NCBI GenBank assembly: GCA_965247095.1
Contig: OZ251997.1
Location: 2,240,001 to 2,304,000, forward strand
Direction: 5' to 3'
Length of the DNA: 64,000 nucleotides
Source of the DNA: Candidatus Multivorans sp.
GTDB lineage: Bacteria > Acidobacteriota > Thermoanaerobaculia > Multivoradales > Multivoraceae
Shown here piece by piece: positions 39,123-48,454 of this stretch. The notes beneath the pieces are model-generated. The model did no database searches and was not told the DNA's origin. It saw nothing but the letters and a program-made list of their open reading frames with translations. Within the stretch, counting starts at the first letter, position 1, and each line of letters starts with the position of its first letter. A program made the translations under genes and the position numbers.

Positions 39123-39959
39123 ATGTTCCCGGCTCCGCCCGAGCAACAGACGCTCCGCGTGTACGTCGACACCTCCGTGTTCGCCGGCTGCGAGGACGAG
39201 AAGTTCCGCACCGCGTCGCGGCGGTTGTTCGAGCGGTTCCGCGCTGGCGACATGACCCTCGTCCTGTCGGCGGTTACCACTGGCGAACTGGATACGGTGC
39301 CCGAAGCAGCCAGAGCCGTGCTCGGCACGGTGCCCCGGGAGCACACGGAGTTCCTGGAATCGTCGACGGAAGCCGAGCAACTCGCCGACCTCTACATCGA
39401 GGCAGGCGCGGTGGACGCCGCCATGCGGTCCGCCGCCCTGCACGTGGCCTTCGCCACGCTCGCAGGCGTCGACACGCTCGCGACGTGGAACTTCAAGCAC
39501 CTCCTGAACTTCTACCGCTTGCGCCGGTTCCACTGCGTCAACCGGGAGCTCGGACATCCCCATCTGGAGATCCACGAGGCCCAGGCCGTCCTGGGCGAGA
39601 ACATCGTCGACCCGAACAAGAAGGGCTTCGACTGCGTCGCCTTCCAGCGCGAGCAAAGGGACCGCATCAGCCGCCTGCTGAACTCCATGACCGAGGAGGA
39701 GCGGTCGGACTGGCTGTGCAACGTGGAGATCACGGACCCAATTCTCCGCCGCATCTGGGAGCGGTCGCCGCGCGGCACCCTCCGCAAGGCCGGGAATGAA
39801 CCCTCCAAACCCCAGGAAGGGGGCGCCATGACCGCGGGCCCCGACTGCGCGCGATGGTCATCGGCGATTCGCGCTTGCGGGTCACGGACGCCGCGCTCGC
39901 CGAGACCCCACTTCGGTTGGTTCAGTCTCCCGCTGTGCTCATGGTCGTCCGTGGAATGA
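39123..39959 (+). CDS. PIN domain fused in frame to an FDCV antitoxin; tail runs out of frame over the hsdS relic
   Basis: YVDTSV...TWNFKH...ENIVDPNKKGFDCVAFQREQRDRISR with no intervening stop. Confidence 0.78.
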   Translation: MFPAPPEQQTLRVYVDTSVFAGCEDEKFRTASRRLFERFRAGDMTLVLSAVTTGELDTVPEAARAVLGTVPREHTEFLESSTEAEQLADLYIEAGAVDAAMRSAALHVAFATLAGVDTLATWNFKHLLNFYRLRRFHCVNRELGHPHLEIHEAQAVLGENIVDPNKKGFDCVAFQREQRDRISRLLNSMTEEERSDWLCNVEITDPILRRIWERSPRGTLRKAGNEPSKPQEGGAMTAGPDCARWSSAIRACGSRTPRSPRPHFGWFSLPLCSWSSVE

Positions 39960-40153
39960 TCCTTGCCCGCAGAGTGCCCATCGCCAGAACGACGGCGCCG
40001 GTAACGATCAACCAGGACATGAAGGCCCTTGCGCCCGGCCCCGCGCTCAACGCGGCCTACATGGCGTCGTTCCTCGATTGCGCTCACGACGGCCTCCTTC
40101 CCCTCATCGACGAAGCAGGGCACGGGACGCGCAGGCTTCCAACCGAGCGTTGC
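39881..40153 (+). pseudogene. hsdS: Type I R-M specificity subunit fragment (part of one TRD)
   Basis: VTDAALAET.LRLV...VLMVVRGMILARRVPIA......TINQDMKAL...AGHGTRRL. Confidence 0.8.
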
Positions 40154-40202
40154 CAACAGAAGCTGCGTTTCGGTGATACTGTGTGGCTGTGAGATCGTGC
40201 CC

Positions 40203-40493
40203 ATGAGGAACATCACCGTTTCCATCGACGACGAGACGTACCGGCGCTCCCGCGTCCGAGCTGCCGAGCTGGACACCTCCGTGTCAGCGCTCGTGCGCCG
40301 CTACCTCAACCGTCTGGCTCAGGGCAAGGGTCTGGATGGCGCAGCGGAAGTGGCCACGGCCGAGACGGAGCGGGAACGTCGCGAGCGCATGCTCTGGGAC
40401 GTGTTCGAGGACATCCGTGCAACGCGGCCGGGCTTCCGAGCCTCCGAGAATCTTCCTCGTGAGGCCCTCCACGACCGCGATGCGTTTCGTTGA
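40203..40493 (+). CDS. vapB: RHH antitoxin (VapB-like)
   Basis: MRNITVSIDDETYRRSRVRAAELDTSVSALVRRYL...LPREALHDR. Confidence 0.87.
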   Translation: MRNITVSIDDETYRRSRVRAAELDTSVSALVRRYLNRLAQGKGLDGAAEVATAETERERRERMLWDVFEDIRATRPGFRASENLPREALHDRDAFR

Positions 40494-40902
40494 CACGAAC
40501 GTCCTGATCTACGCGGCCAGCCCCTCTCCGGACGAGGCCGGGAAGCGGCGACGCGCACAGCAGCTACTGAGGGACGGGGACCTCGCCTTGTCGGTTCAAG
40601 TGCTGCAGGAGTTCTACTGGCAAGCGACCCACCGGAGGCGAGGGGATGCACTGACCCCCTCGCAGGCTCTTGGATTCATCGACTCGATCCGCGACTTTCC
40701 GGTTCAGGCCATAACGCAGGACGTGTTTCGGAACGCGGTTGCTCTCAGCCGACGCTTCCAGATCGCATACTGGGACGCAGCCATCCTCGCGGCGGCTCAA
40801 GCCTCCGGCTGCGATGCGGTCTACTCCGAAGACCTGAGCCACGAACAGGACTACGGCGGCATACGCGTCATCGACCCCTTTGGCGAGGCAGCCCGCCGAT
40901 GA
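40480..40902 (+). CDS. vapC: PIN-domain toxin
   Basis: MRFVDTNVLIYA, QVLQEF, YWDAAI, SEDL, IDPF. Confidence 0.92.
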   Translation: MRFVDTNVLIYAASPSPDEAGKRRRAQQLLRDGDLALSVQVLQEFYWQATHRRRGDALTPSQALGFIDSIRDFPVQAITQDVFRNAVALSRRFQIAYWDAAILAAAQASGCDAVYSEDLSHEQDYGGIRVIDPFGEAARR

Positions 40903-41003
40903 CAACCGACACCTCCGAGCGCGGGCTCGAACGTTTCATCTGCAAGCACTGGATGTCCGAGACCGTCTTCAACCGCGCGTACGATCAGGCGGGGGCACCG
41001 TGA
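40899..41003 (+). pseudogene. hsdR: Mini-hsdR: 34-codon ORF joining HsdR-like N- and C-termini
   Basis: MTTDTSERGLERFICK-HWMSETVFNRAYDQAGAP*; ATGA and GTGA coupled to both neighbours. Confidence 0.65.
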
Positions 41004-42229
41004 ACACACGCGCCATTCTCATCGGGCTGGCGCTCGGTCTGGGGCTCGGAATCGCCGCGTCCGCGACGGGGTCGCCCGCGCTGCTGCGGGCCGCCGAGGC
41101 GGTCGAGCCGCTCGGCCAGGTCTTCCTGCGCGCGATCCAGATGGTCGTCATCCCGTTGGTGGCGGCGGTCGTCTTCGTCGGGGTGGGCCGGATCGGCGAC
41201 CTGCGGAAGCTCGGCCGGCTGGGGGGACTGGCCGTGGGCTTCTTCTGGGCAACGACCCTGCCGGCGATCCTGATCGGAATGGGGGTGATGGGCTTCGCCC
41301 TCACGTTCACGGCGCCCGTAGCGCCGCCCACGCCCGCCGCGGATCTGGACGCCGCGACGCCGGGCATGGTCGACTTCCTGGTCAACCTCGTCCCTCGGAA
41401 TCCGGTCCAGGTCGCCGCCGACGGCGCCCTGCTCTCCCTCCTCATCTTCATCGTCCTCCTGGCCGCGGCGACGACCACCCTGCCGAGCGAGAAACAGCGG
41501 ACGCTGACGTCTTTCGCGGAGGCCCTCGGGGACGCTCTGACCAGGCTGATGAGCTGGATCCTGTGGACCGCGCCGGTGGGTGTCTTCGGTCTTGCGGCGC
41601 CGGTGATCGCGAAAACGGGGGCGGCGATGCTGCAGAACCTTGCCGTCTTCATCGTCGCCGTCGTGGTCGGCCTCTTCATCCTGAAGGGCCTCGTTCTCCT
41701 GCCCCTGGTCTGGATCCTGGGCGGCGTGCCGCCCGGGCGCTTCATCCGGGCGACCGTGGGCACATACACCGTGGGCTTCACCACGACGACGTCCGTGGGG
41801 ACACTGCCGATGATGCTGCAGGAGGCGAAGCAACTCGGCCTGTCCGAGCGCAAGTACACGCTGATCCTGCCGCTGGCGGCGTCGATCAACCGTCCGGGCA
41901 GCGCGCTGTTTCAGAGCGCGTCGCTCGTCTTCCTGGCCGCCATGTACGGCGTGCCGCTCGACGCGGGGCTGATCGCCGCGGCGGTGGTGGCGATCTTCCT
42001 CGCCGCGATGACGGTCGCTCCCGTGCCCAGCGCCAGCATCGTGTCGATGGCGCCAGCCCTGGACGTGGTGGGCGTTCCCCTGGCGGGACTCGGCATCCTG
42101 CTGGGGATCGACCGCGTACCCGACGTCTTCCGCTCCGCGGCCAACGTGATCGGCCACATGTGCGCCGCGACCACGGTCGACGCGATGACCCGTCGCGACG
42201 GCGAGGAGCCGGCCGGCCGAGCCGAGTAA
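41000..42229 (+). CDS. Dicarboxylate/amino acid:cation symporter (DAACS)
   Basis: FLRAIQMVVIPLV, APVGVF, GFTTTTSVGTLP, GIDRVPDVFRSAANVIG. Confidence 0.92.
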   Translation: MNTRAILIGLALGLGLGIAASATGSPALLRAAEAVEPLGQVFLRAIQMVVIPLVAAVVFVGVGRIGDLRKLGRLGGLAVGFFWATTLPAILIGMGVMGFALTFTAPVAPPTPAADLDAATPGMVDFLVNLVPRNPVQVAADGALLSLLIFIVLLAAATTTLPSEKQRTLTSFAEALGDALTRLMSWILWTAPVGVFGLAAPVIAKTGAAMLQNLAVFIVAVVVGLFILKGLVLLPLVWILGGVPPGRFIRATVGTYTVGFTTTTSVGTLPMMLQEAKQLGLSERKYTLILPLAASINRPGSALFQSASLVFLAAMYGVPLDAGLIAAAVVAIFLAAMTVAPVPSASIVSMAPALDVVGVPLAGLGILLGIDRVPDVFRSAANVIGHMCAATTVDAMTRRDGEEPAGRAE

Positions 42230-42299
42230 CCACCCAAGAGCCGTTACCCTCTCGCTACCTGACGCAAGACGACCATCAGCCAAACCGGGAGGCTTCGCC

Positions 42300-44912
42300 A
42301 TGTTGAATCGACGCCAGTCCGCAAACCGCCTCGTGCTCCTCTCTCCGCTTGTCCTGGCGCTCGTCACCCATGGATGCACCGGCGGCGACTCCGACGACTA
42401 CCTGACGCCCGACCTGCGACAACGCGTCGAGGCGCTGAAGCTGGAGGCGCCTGAAAGCACCGACGACATCGCCGTCCTGTCCGACCGACTCGACACGCTG
42501 TGGCAGTGGGCGAACGCCTACTCGCTCACCGGTGGGCCAGTACCCGACGCCTTCCCTCAACTCCTCGCCAACGTGAATCGCACGCTGCGGGGAATCGGGG
42601 GCGGCGCCGTGGTCCCGACTGACTTCGTGCCCGAGTTCATCCGGCTCTACACCCGCGAGTTTCAGATCAAGGACGAGCACCCCGGCGCGATGGGCTCGCT
42701 ACGTTTCGACCCGCCCGGGCCCTTCCACGCAGGGGACCAGGTCGAGATCCGGCAGATCTACACGGTGGGCACGCTGGGCATGGCGGAGGGAGGCGGCCTC
42801 CTGGTCCGGGCCGCGCGGACCGGCATTCAGGCTGAAGACCCGGCGGGCCAGAACTACGTCACCGTCGAAAGCTCGAATCCAGACGCGACGCTGACCGCCA
42901 GCGACCCCTGGGACAACTGGCAGGGGATGCACTTCCGCTCTCGGTCCGGCCCGGTGCGCCCAGGCGTACCGCGCACCTTGATTCCGCTTCGCCTGAGCGG
43001 GGCGGCGCTCGACGAAGGCGACACGATCACGGTCACCTACGGCGACACCTCCGGCGGCGGACCCGGCTTTCGGCTCCAGGAATCGTCAAGCGACCAGGTG
43101 ATCCTGCACGTCTACGTCGACATCGAGGGCAAGGGCGACCTCTTCCGGCCGACCTGGCCATCGTTCGAGGTGCTGGGCCGCGACGAGGTCCGCTACGTCA
43201 ACACTGTCGCGCCCTCCATCGTCGCGCCGGACGAGCCCTTCACCCTCGCCGTCCGCGCCGAGGACCGGATGAAGAACCTCTCATCCGGCGTCATGCCCGC
43301 GCTCGAGGTTCTAGTCAACGGCGAGCCGTTCCGAAGCATCGCGGCCGGCAGTCCGGCGATCTCACTGCTCGAGGACGTGACCCTCGCCGAGCCCGGCGTC
43401 TACCGCTTCTCGGTGCAGAACGAGGACGGATCGATCCGCGCGACGAGCAATCCTGTCCGGGTCGAGGACGACCCGGCAAACCGCGTCTACTGGGGTGAGA
43501 CCCACGGCCACACCGCCTTCGCCGAGGGGCAGGGATCGCCAGACGGCTACTACCGGTTCGGGCGCGATGTGGCCCGGCTCGACTTCCTGAGCCTCTCCGA
43601 GCACGACATCTGGATGGACGACAGCGAGTGGCGGAAGCTGCAGGAGCTGGTCGAGGACTACCGGATCGAAGGCCAATTCACGACCATCCTCGGCTTCGAG
43701 TGGACCTCGCGGTCGCCGCTCGGCGGGCACCACAACGTCTTCTTCCGCGACACGCCGAGCCGCAGCCGAGTGCCCAATCAGAAGGCGCCCCTGCTCGACG
43801 AGTTGTACGCCGGACTCCGCCGCGAGAACAGCACCGACGACGTGCTGGTCATCCCGCACGCGCACCAGCCCGGCGACTGGACGAACAGCGATCCGGAGAT
43901 GGAACGCCTGGTCGAGATCCAGTCGGGCCACGGCACGTTCGACTGGTTCGGCAACAAGTACCTGCAGAACGGGTTCGAGGTCGGCTTCATCGGCGCGTCC
44001 GACAACCACAACGGACACCCCGGCTACTCCGGGATCGGCAACCGGCAGTTGGGCGGCCTGGCTGCCGTCATCGCGTCGGAGAACAACGCGGACGCGATCT
44101 TCACCGCGCTGCGCGATCGCGCCGCCTACGCCACGACCGGCGAACGAATCCTTCTCGAAGCGACACTGAACGGCGCCCGAATGGGAACGCGCCAGGACGA
44201 CGCCGAGGCGCGCCGGATCGACTGCCGGGTGAACGGGACGGCGCCCATCGATGCGATCGACGTGATCAAGAACGGCACGATCGTCTACACCAGGAGGTAC
44301 CTGGAGAGCGAGCTGTCCGAAGAGGCCCGGGTGCAGATCACGTTCGAGTCGTCGACCGAGATCCACAGCGAGCGCACGCCGCCTCGCGGCGGGCGGCCGT
44401 GGAAGGGCTCAATCCGCGTCGCCGGAGCAAGACTGATCGGGTACGACGATCCCTGGTTCACGCAGCCCGCGACCTATCGCGTCGCCCGCGCAACGGAGGA
44501 CCACAACCGGATCGACTTCGACTTCCCCACCCGCGGGCGCCCGAAGTCGCTGGTCCTCGAGTTGCGCGGCGCCAGCCCGGACACAGTGGTCACCGTCGAG
44601 ATGGAGACGACGACGGAGTCCCGCGGCTCGGGCGGCTACGTCCGCGTGCCCCAGGAACTGCCGGCGAACACGGTGCGCTTCCGCCTGGGCGATCTGAAGG
44701 GCCAGGTCGACCGCCGCGAGTATCAGGTGCTCGAGCACACGGATGCACTCTCCGCGCAGGTCGTGACCGAGGGGCAAGCTCTCGACCAGGACTTCAGCTT
44801 TGTCGATCAGGGTGACATTCGGCCCGGCGACTACTACTACCTGCGGGTGCGTCAGATCGACGGCAGCATGGCGTGGTCGAGCCCTTTCTGGGTGGGCGAA
44901 AGCTCCGGGTAG
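42300..44912 (+). CDS. DUF3604 (PHP-like metallohydrolase) lipoprotein
   Basis: YWGETHGHT, LDFLSLSEHD, GFEWT, IPHAH, ASDNH, YATTGERI, AWSSPFW. Confidence 0.85.
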   Translation: MLNRRQSANRLVLLSPLVLALVTHGCTGGDSDDYLTPDLRQRVEALKLEAPESTDDIAVLSDRLDTLWQWANAYSLTGGPVPDAFPQLLANVNRTLRGIGGGAVVPTDFVPEFIRLYTREFQIKDEHPGAMGSLRFDPPGPFHAGDQVEIRQIYTVGTLGMAEGGGLLVRAARTGIQAEDPAGQNYVTVESSNPDATLTASDPWDNWQGMHFRSRSGPVRPGVPRTLIPLRLSGAALDEGDTITVTYGDTSGGGPGFRLQESSSDQVILHVYVDIEGKGDLFRPTWPSFEVLGRDEVRYVNTVAPSIVAPDEPFTLAVRAEDRMKNLSSGVMPALEVLVNGEPFRSIAAGSPAISLLEDVTLAEPGVYRFSVQNEDGSIRATSNPVRVEDDPANRVYWGETHGHTAFAEGQGSPDGYYRFGRDVARLDFLSLSEHDIWMDDSEWRKLQELVEDYRIEGQFTTILGFEWTSRSPLGGHHNVFFRDTPSRSRVPNQKAPLLDELYAGLRRENSTDDVLVIPHAHQPGDWTNSDPEMERLVEIQSGHGTFDWFGNKYLQNGFEVGFIGASDNHNGHPGYSGIGNRQLGGLAAVIASENNADAIFTALRDRAAYATTGERILLEATLNGARMGTRQDDAEARRIDCRVNGTAPIDAIDVIKNGTIVYTRRYLESELSEEARVQITFESSTEIHSERTPPRGGRPWKGSIRVAGARLIGYDDPWFTQPATYRVARATEDHNRIDFDFPTRGRPKSLVLELRGASPDTVVTVEMETTTESRGSGGYVRVPQELPANTVRFRLGDLKGQVDRREYQVLEHTDALSAQVVTEGQALDQDFSFVDQGDIRPGDYYYLRVRQIDGSMAWSSPFWVGESSG

Positions 44913-44945
44913 GCTCAATGGAACCCTAGAACAAGGAGATCCGAG

Positions 44946-46025
44946 ATGCGGAAGACCCTCGCGCTGTTTTCCCTGCTGCTCGTGTCGGGCGGCGGCGCCG
45001 TCACCGTGGCGGCCGCCGACGACATCCCCCGAACCGCCAGCGGCAAGCCCGACTTCACCGGCCGCTACGACATCCGCTCGTTGACGCCCTTCGAGCGCCG
45101 ACCTGAGCGCGGCGAGGAACTCGTACTCAGTCCGGAGGAGGCCGCCGAGGTCGAGGCCGTGCAGGCTCAGCGGGTCCTGGCCGGCGACGCGGCCAGTGCG
45201 CCGGATCGCCCGCCGCCGGAGAAGGGCGCCTTCATCGACCGGCAGAGCTACAACTACGCCTGGTTCGATCCGGGCCACACGATGTTCAAGATCGACGGGG
45301 ACTACCGCACGTCGGTGCTGACGAACCCGTCGAACGGACGATTGCCGCCGCTGACGGAGGCCGCGAAGGCCCGCCGTGCGTCCCTTCCGGTGTTCATCTG
45401 GATGCAGGACGACGGCACGGCATGGTGGCTGGAGACGGGCGACACGCCGTTCGACAGCCCCGACACGATGGTCCTGGGGGTGCGCTGCATCTACCAGCCG
45501 GTCGCTTCGATTCCGATCCGTTCGATCTCCTACAACAACCTGAAGACGATCGTGCAGACCGACGATCACCTGATCATCCACATCGAGTGGATGCACTGGA
45601 CGCGCGTCATTCGTATCGACTCCGAGCATGCGCCCTCCGACATCCGCTCCTACTCCGGCGACTCGATCGGCTCGTGGGACGGCGACACCCTGGTCGTCGA
45701 GACGACCAACTTCCGTCGTGAAGCAGCACCTCAGATGTTGCACGGTCGAGAGTCGGCGGGCGTGCCGCGCGGCGCGATGAAGGTCACCGAGCGCTTCAGC
45801 CCGATCGACGGCCAGTCTCTCCTCTACCAGTTCGAGGTCGAGGACGCGGAGTACACAGCGCCCTACGCCGGCGAGATGCCGTGGCCGAAGACGGACCAGT
45901 ACAACTACGAGTACGCCTGCCACGAGGGCAACTACTCGATGCTGGGCCAACTCAAGGGGGCGCGGCAGCTCGAAAAAGAGTGGATCGCGGCCGGCAAGCC
46001 GGTGAAGGACGAAAGCGGGGAGTAG
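44946..46025 (+). CDS. Conserved exported hypothetical protein
   Basis: Signal peptide; PRTASGKPDFTG, GDSIGSWDGDTLVVETTNF, YEYACHEGN. Confidence 0.85.
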   Translation: MRKTLALFSLLLVSGGGAVTVAAADDIPRTASGKPDFTGRYDIRSLTPFERRPERGEELVLSPEEAAEVEAVQAQRVLAGDAASAPDRPPPEKGAFIDRQSYNYAWFDPGHTMFKIDGDYRTSVLTNPSNGRLPPLTEAAKARRASLPVFIWMQDDGTAWWLETGDTPFDSPDTMVLGVRCIYQPVASIPIRSISYNNLKTIVQTDDHLIIHIEWMHWTRVIRIDSEHAPSDIRSYSGDSIGSWDGDTLVVETTNFRREAAPQMLHGRESAGVPRGAMKVTERFSPIDGQSLLYQFEVEDAEYTAPYAGEMPWPKTDQYNYEYACHEGNYSMLGQLKGARQLEKEWIAAGKPVKDESGE

Positions 46026-46028
46026 CCC

Positions 46029-46886
46029 TCAGATCATGCTGTAGCCGGAGCCCTGGCGCTCCGTGCCGAGGCCCCGCGCCTTCTCGATCCAGCCGAACTC
46101 CTCCAGGATCGCCTGGCTGTACGTCACCCGGCCGGTGACGCGGTCGAGCGGTTCGGTGGCCAGTAGCAGGGCGGCCTCGGCCATGATCTCGACCGTTTCG
46201 GCCTCGTTCGGATCGCGGCCTTCCATCAGGCGGTGGTGGACGACGCCGGGTGTGGGCACGATCTGGGACGGGCTGTAGCAGGTCACCGAGATGCCGTGCT
46301 CGTAGACCTCGGAGGCGAGGCCCTGGGTGAAGCGCTCCAGGGCCGCCTTCTCGGCGCCGTAGAGGGAACCGCCGGCGAACTGCGGGCCGGTGTAGGGACC
46401 GCGGCCCGGGCCGATCGCGGCGCCCGAGGAGACGTTGACGATACTGCCGGTTCCGCGCTCGATCATCCCGGGCAGCACGAGCTTCGAGAGGTAGAACGGC
46501 GCGTGGAAGTTGACCGCGGTCGAGCGCATCCACTTGTTGATCGGAAAGTCCACGACGGGGATGAAGTAGGTCAGAGCCGCGTTGTTGACCAGCACGTCGA
46601 CCGGCCCCAGAGCATCGCGCACCTCGCCGACCAGCCGTTCGCAGTTGTTGTATTCGGACACGTCGCAGGCGAAGGCCGCCGCGTCGCCGCCGGCCGCCCG
46701 AATCTCCTCGATCGTCGTCTCGAGCGAACCGCCCAGGTAGTGAGCGCCCTCGGACACGGTACGCGCCGAGCAGGCGACGCGCGCGCCGTGCTCCGCGAAC
46801 AGTTCGGCGATCGCCTTGCCGATGCCGCGGCTCGCTCCGGTGACCAGGGCGACTTTGCCTTCGAGCTTCTTCTCTGCCTGTGTCAT
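46029..46886 (-). CDS. SDR family oxidoreductase
   Basis: TGASRGIG, NNAA, YGAEK. Confidence 0.93.
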   Translation of the reverse strand: MTQAEKKLEGKVALVTGASRGIGKAIAELFAEHGARVACSARTVSEGAHYLGGSLETTIEEIRAAGGDAAAFACDVSEYNNCERLVGEVRDALGPVDVLVNNAALTYFIPVVDFPINKWMRSTAVNFHAPFYLSKLVLPGMIERGTGSIVNVSSGAAIGPGRGPYTGPQFAGGSLYGAEKAALERFTQGLASEVYEHGISVTCYSPSQIVPTPGVVHHRLMEGRDPNEAETVEIMAEAALLLATEPLDRVTGRVTYSQAILEEFGWIEKARGLGTERQGSGYSMI

Positions 46887-46900
46887 TCGGCTTCCCTCCT

Positions 46901-48397
46901 TCATCCGTCGTAGGCGTCTCGATACCGCTCGCGCAGCACCTTCTTCTGCACCTTCCCCATGGCGTTGCGAGGCAGCTCGTCGATCCAGTAGAAGCGGCGC
47001 GGGTGCTTGAATCGCGCCAGACCCGAGTCGAGCGCCGCGCGGAGCGTATCGTCGCTGACCGGCGCCTGCTCAGCGACCAGCACCGCCACGACCCCTTCGC
47101 CCAGGTCGGCGTGCGGCGCGCCGATCACGGCGCACTCCCGAACGCCCGCCACTTCGTCCAGGCGGTCCTCGACTTCCTTGGGGTAGACGTTGAAGCCGCC
47201 GGCGATGATCAGGTCCTTGCCCCGGCCGACCAGGGACACCCGGCCTTCGGCGTCGAGGCTGGCGAGGTCGCCGGAGACGAAGAAACCGTCGCCGCGCATC
47301 TCCTCGGCCGTCTTCTCCGGCAGCCCCCAGTAGCCGGGGAACAGGTTCGGGCCGCGGATCTCCAGCATGCCCACCTCGCCCGCAGGCAGTTCGGCGCCGC
47401 TCTCGTTCACGACCCGCACCTCGACGCCCGGCAGCGGAAAGCCGACCGTGCCCGCGATCCGCTCGCCGCGGAGCGGATTCGACGCGATCATTCCCGCTTC
47501 CGTCATCCCGTAGCGCTCCAGGATCCGGTGGCCGGTGCGAGCCTCGAAGTCGCTGAAGACGGCCTCGGTCAGCGGTGCCGAACCGGAAACGAACAGCCGG
47601 ATGTTCTCGCAGTCCGCGCTCCCGAAACCGGGCTCGGCCAGCAGCCGCGAGTAGAACGTCGGCACGCCCATCAGGACCGTCGCCTCGGGCAGCAGACGGC
47701 GCACCTCCGCAGCATCGAAGCTGGGCACAAAGAGCACCTTCGAGGCGTTGAGGAACGCCGTGTGAAGCGCCACGAACAAGCCGTGGACGTGGAAAATCGG
47801 CAGCGCGTGGAGCAGCACATCGCCCGGCTCGAAGCCCCAGATCTCGTGCAGGGAGAGCGCGTTCGAAGTCAGGTTCCCATGCGTGATCATCGCCCCCTTG
47901 GACCGACCCGTGGTGCCCGACGTGTAGCAGATGGCGGCCAGGTCGTCGTCGTCGCGGGGTTGGCTTGCCGGGTCGGGATCGAGAGTCTGCGCCTCGCGCC
48001 ACAGGGCGTCGATGCCGACGACCTCCGGCCCTTCCCCGGCCGCCCGGTCGTCCGCCGACGCGCCGCCACGCACCACCACCCGCGGTCCGGCGTCCCCAAC
48101 GAAGAACGCCACCTCACGCTCCGTGTAGGCGGTGTTCAAGGGCACGTAGACGCCGCCGCAGCGCAACACGCCCAGGTACAGCGCCACAGCCTCGACCGAC
48201 TTCGACACCTGGACCAGGACCCGGTCCCCCGGATCCACGCCGCGTCCACGCAGCGCCGCCGCGAACTGGGCCGACGCGCGATCCAGATCGCCGTAGCTCC
48301 ATTCCGTGTCCGTACCGCCGTCGCCTCCCAGCACGAGACTCGGGCGATCGACTGAGGGTTCGAAGCGTTCGCGGAGTAGGGCGAAGAGGTTCGTCAT
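46901..48397 (-). CDS. matB: Malonyl-CoA synthetase-like acyl-CoA ligase
   Basis: YTSGTTGRSKG, HALPIFHVHGLFVA, ERYGMTE, LPRNAMGKVQK. Confidence 0.88.
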   Translation of the reverse strand: MTNLFALLRERFEPSVDRPSLVLGGDGGTDTEWSYGDLDRASAQFAAALRGRGVDPGDRVLVQVSKSVEAVALYLGVLRCGGVYVPLNTAYTEREVAFFVGDAGPRVVVRGGASADDRAAGEGPEVVGIDALWREAQTLDPDPASQPRDDDDLAAICYTSGTTGRSKGAMITHGNLTSNALSLHEIWGFEPGDVLLHALPIFHVHGLFVALHTAFLNASKVLFVPSFDAAEVRRLLPEATVLMGVPTFYSRLLAEPGFGSADCENIRLFVSGSAPLTEAVFSDFEARTGHRILERYGMTEAGMIASNPLRGERIAGTVGFPLPGVEVRVVNESGAELPAGEVGMLEIRGPNLFPGYWGLPEKTAEEMRGDGFFVSGDLASLDAEGRVSLVGRGKDLIIAGGFNVYPKEVEDRLDEVAGVRECAVIGAPHADLGEGVVAVLVAEQAPVSDDTLRAALDSGLARFKHPRRFYWIDELPRNAMGKVQKKVLRERYRDAYDG

Positions 48398-48454
48398 GAG
48401 AAACTGGTCGCGGTCGGAAGATCGTCGATCCTACGCGTGTTGCAGCCTTCGTCC

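Noticed and set aside
34084-41003. Integron cassette array
   Set aside because: No tyrosine integrase or recognisable attC sites; the modules are separated by hsd remnants or overlap directly
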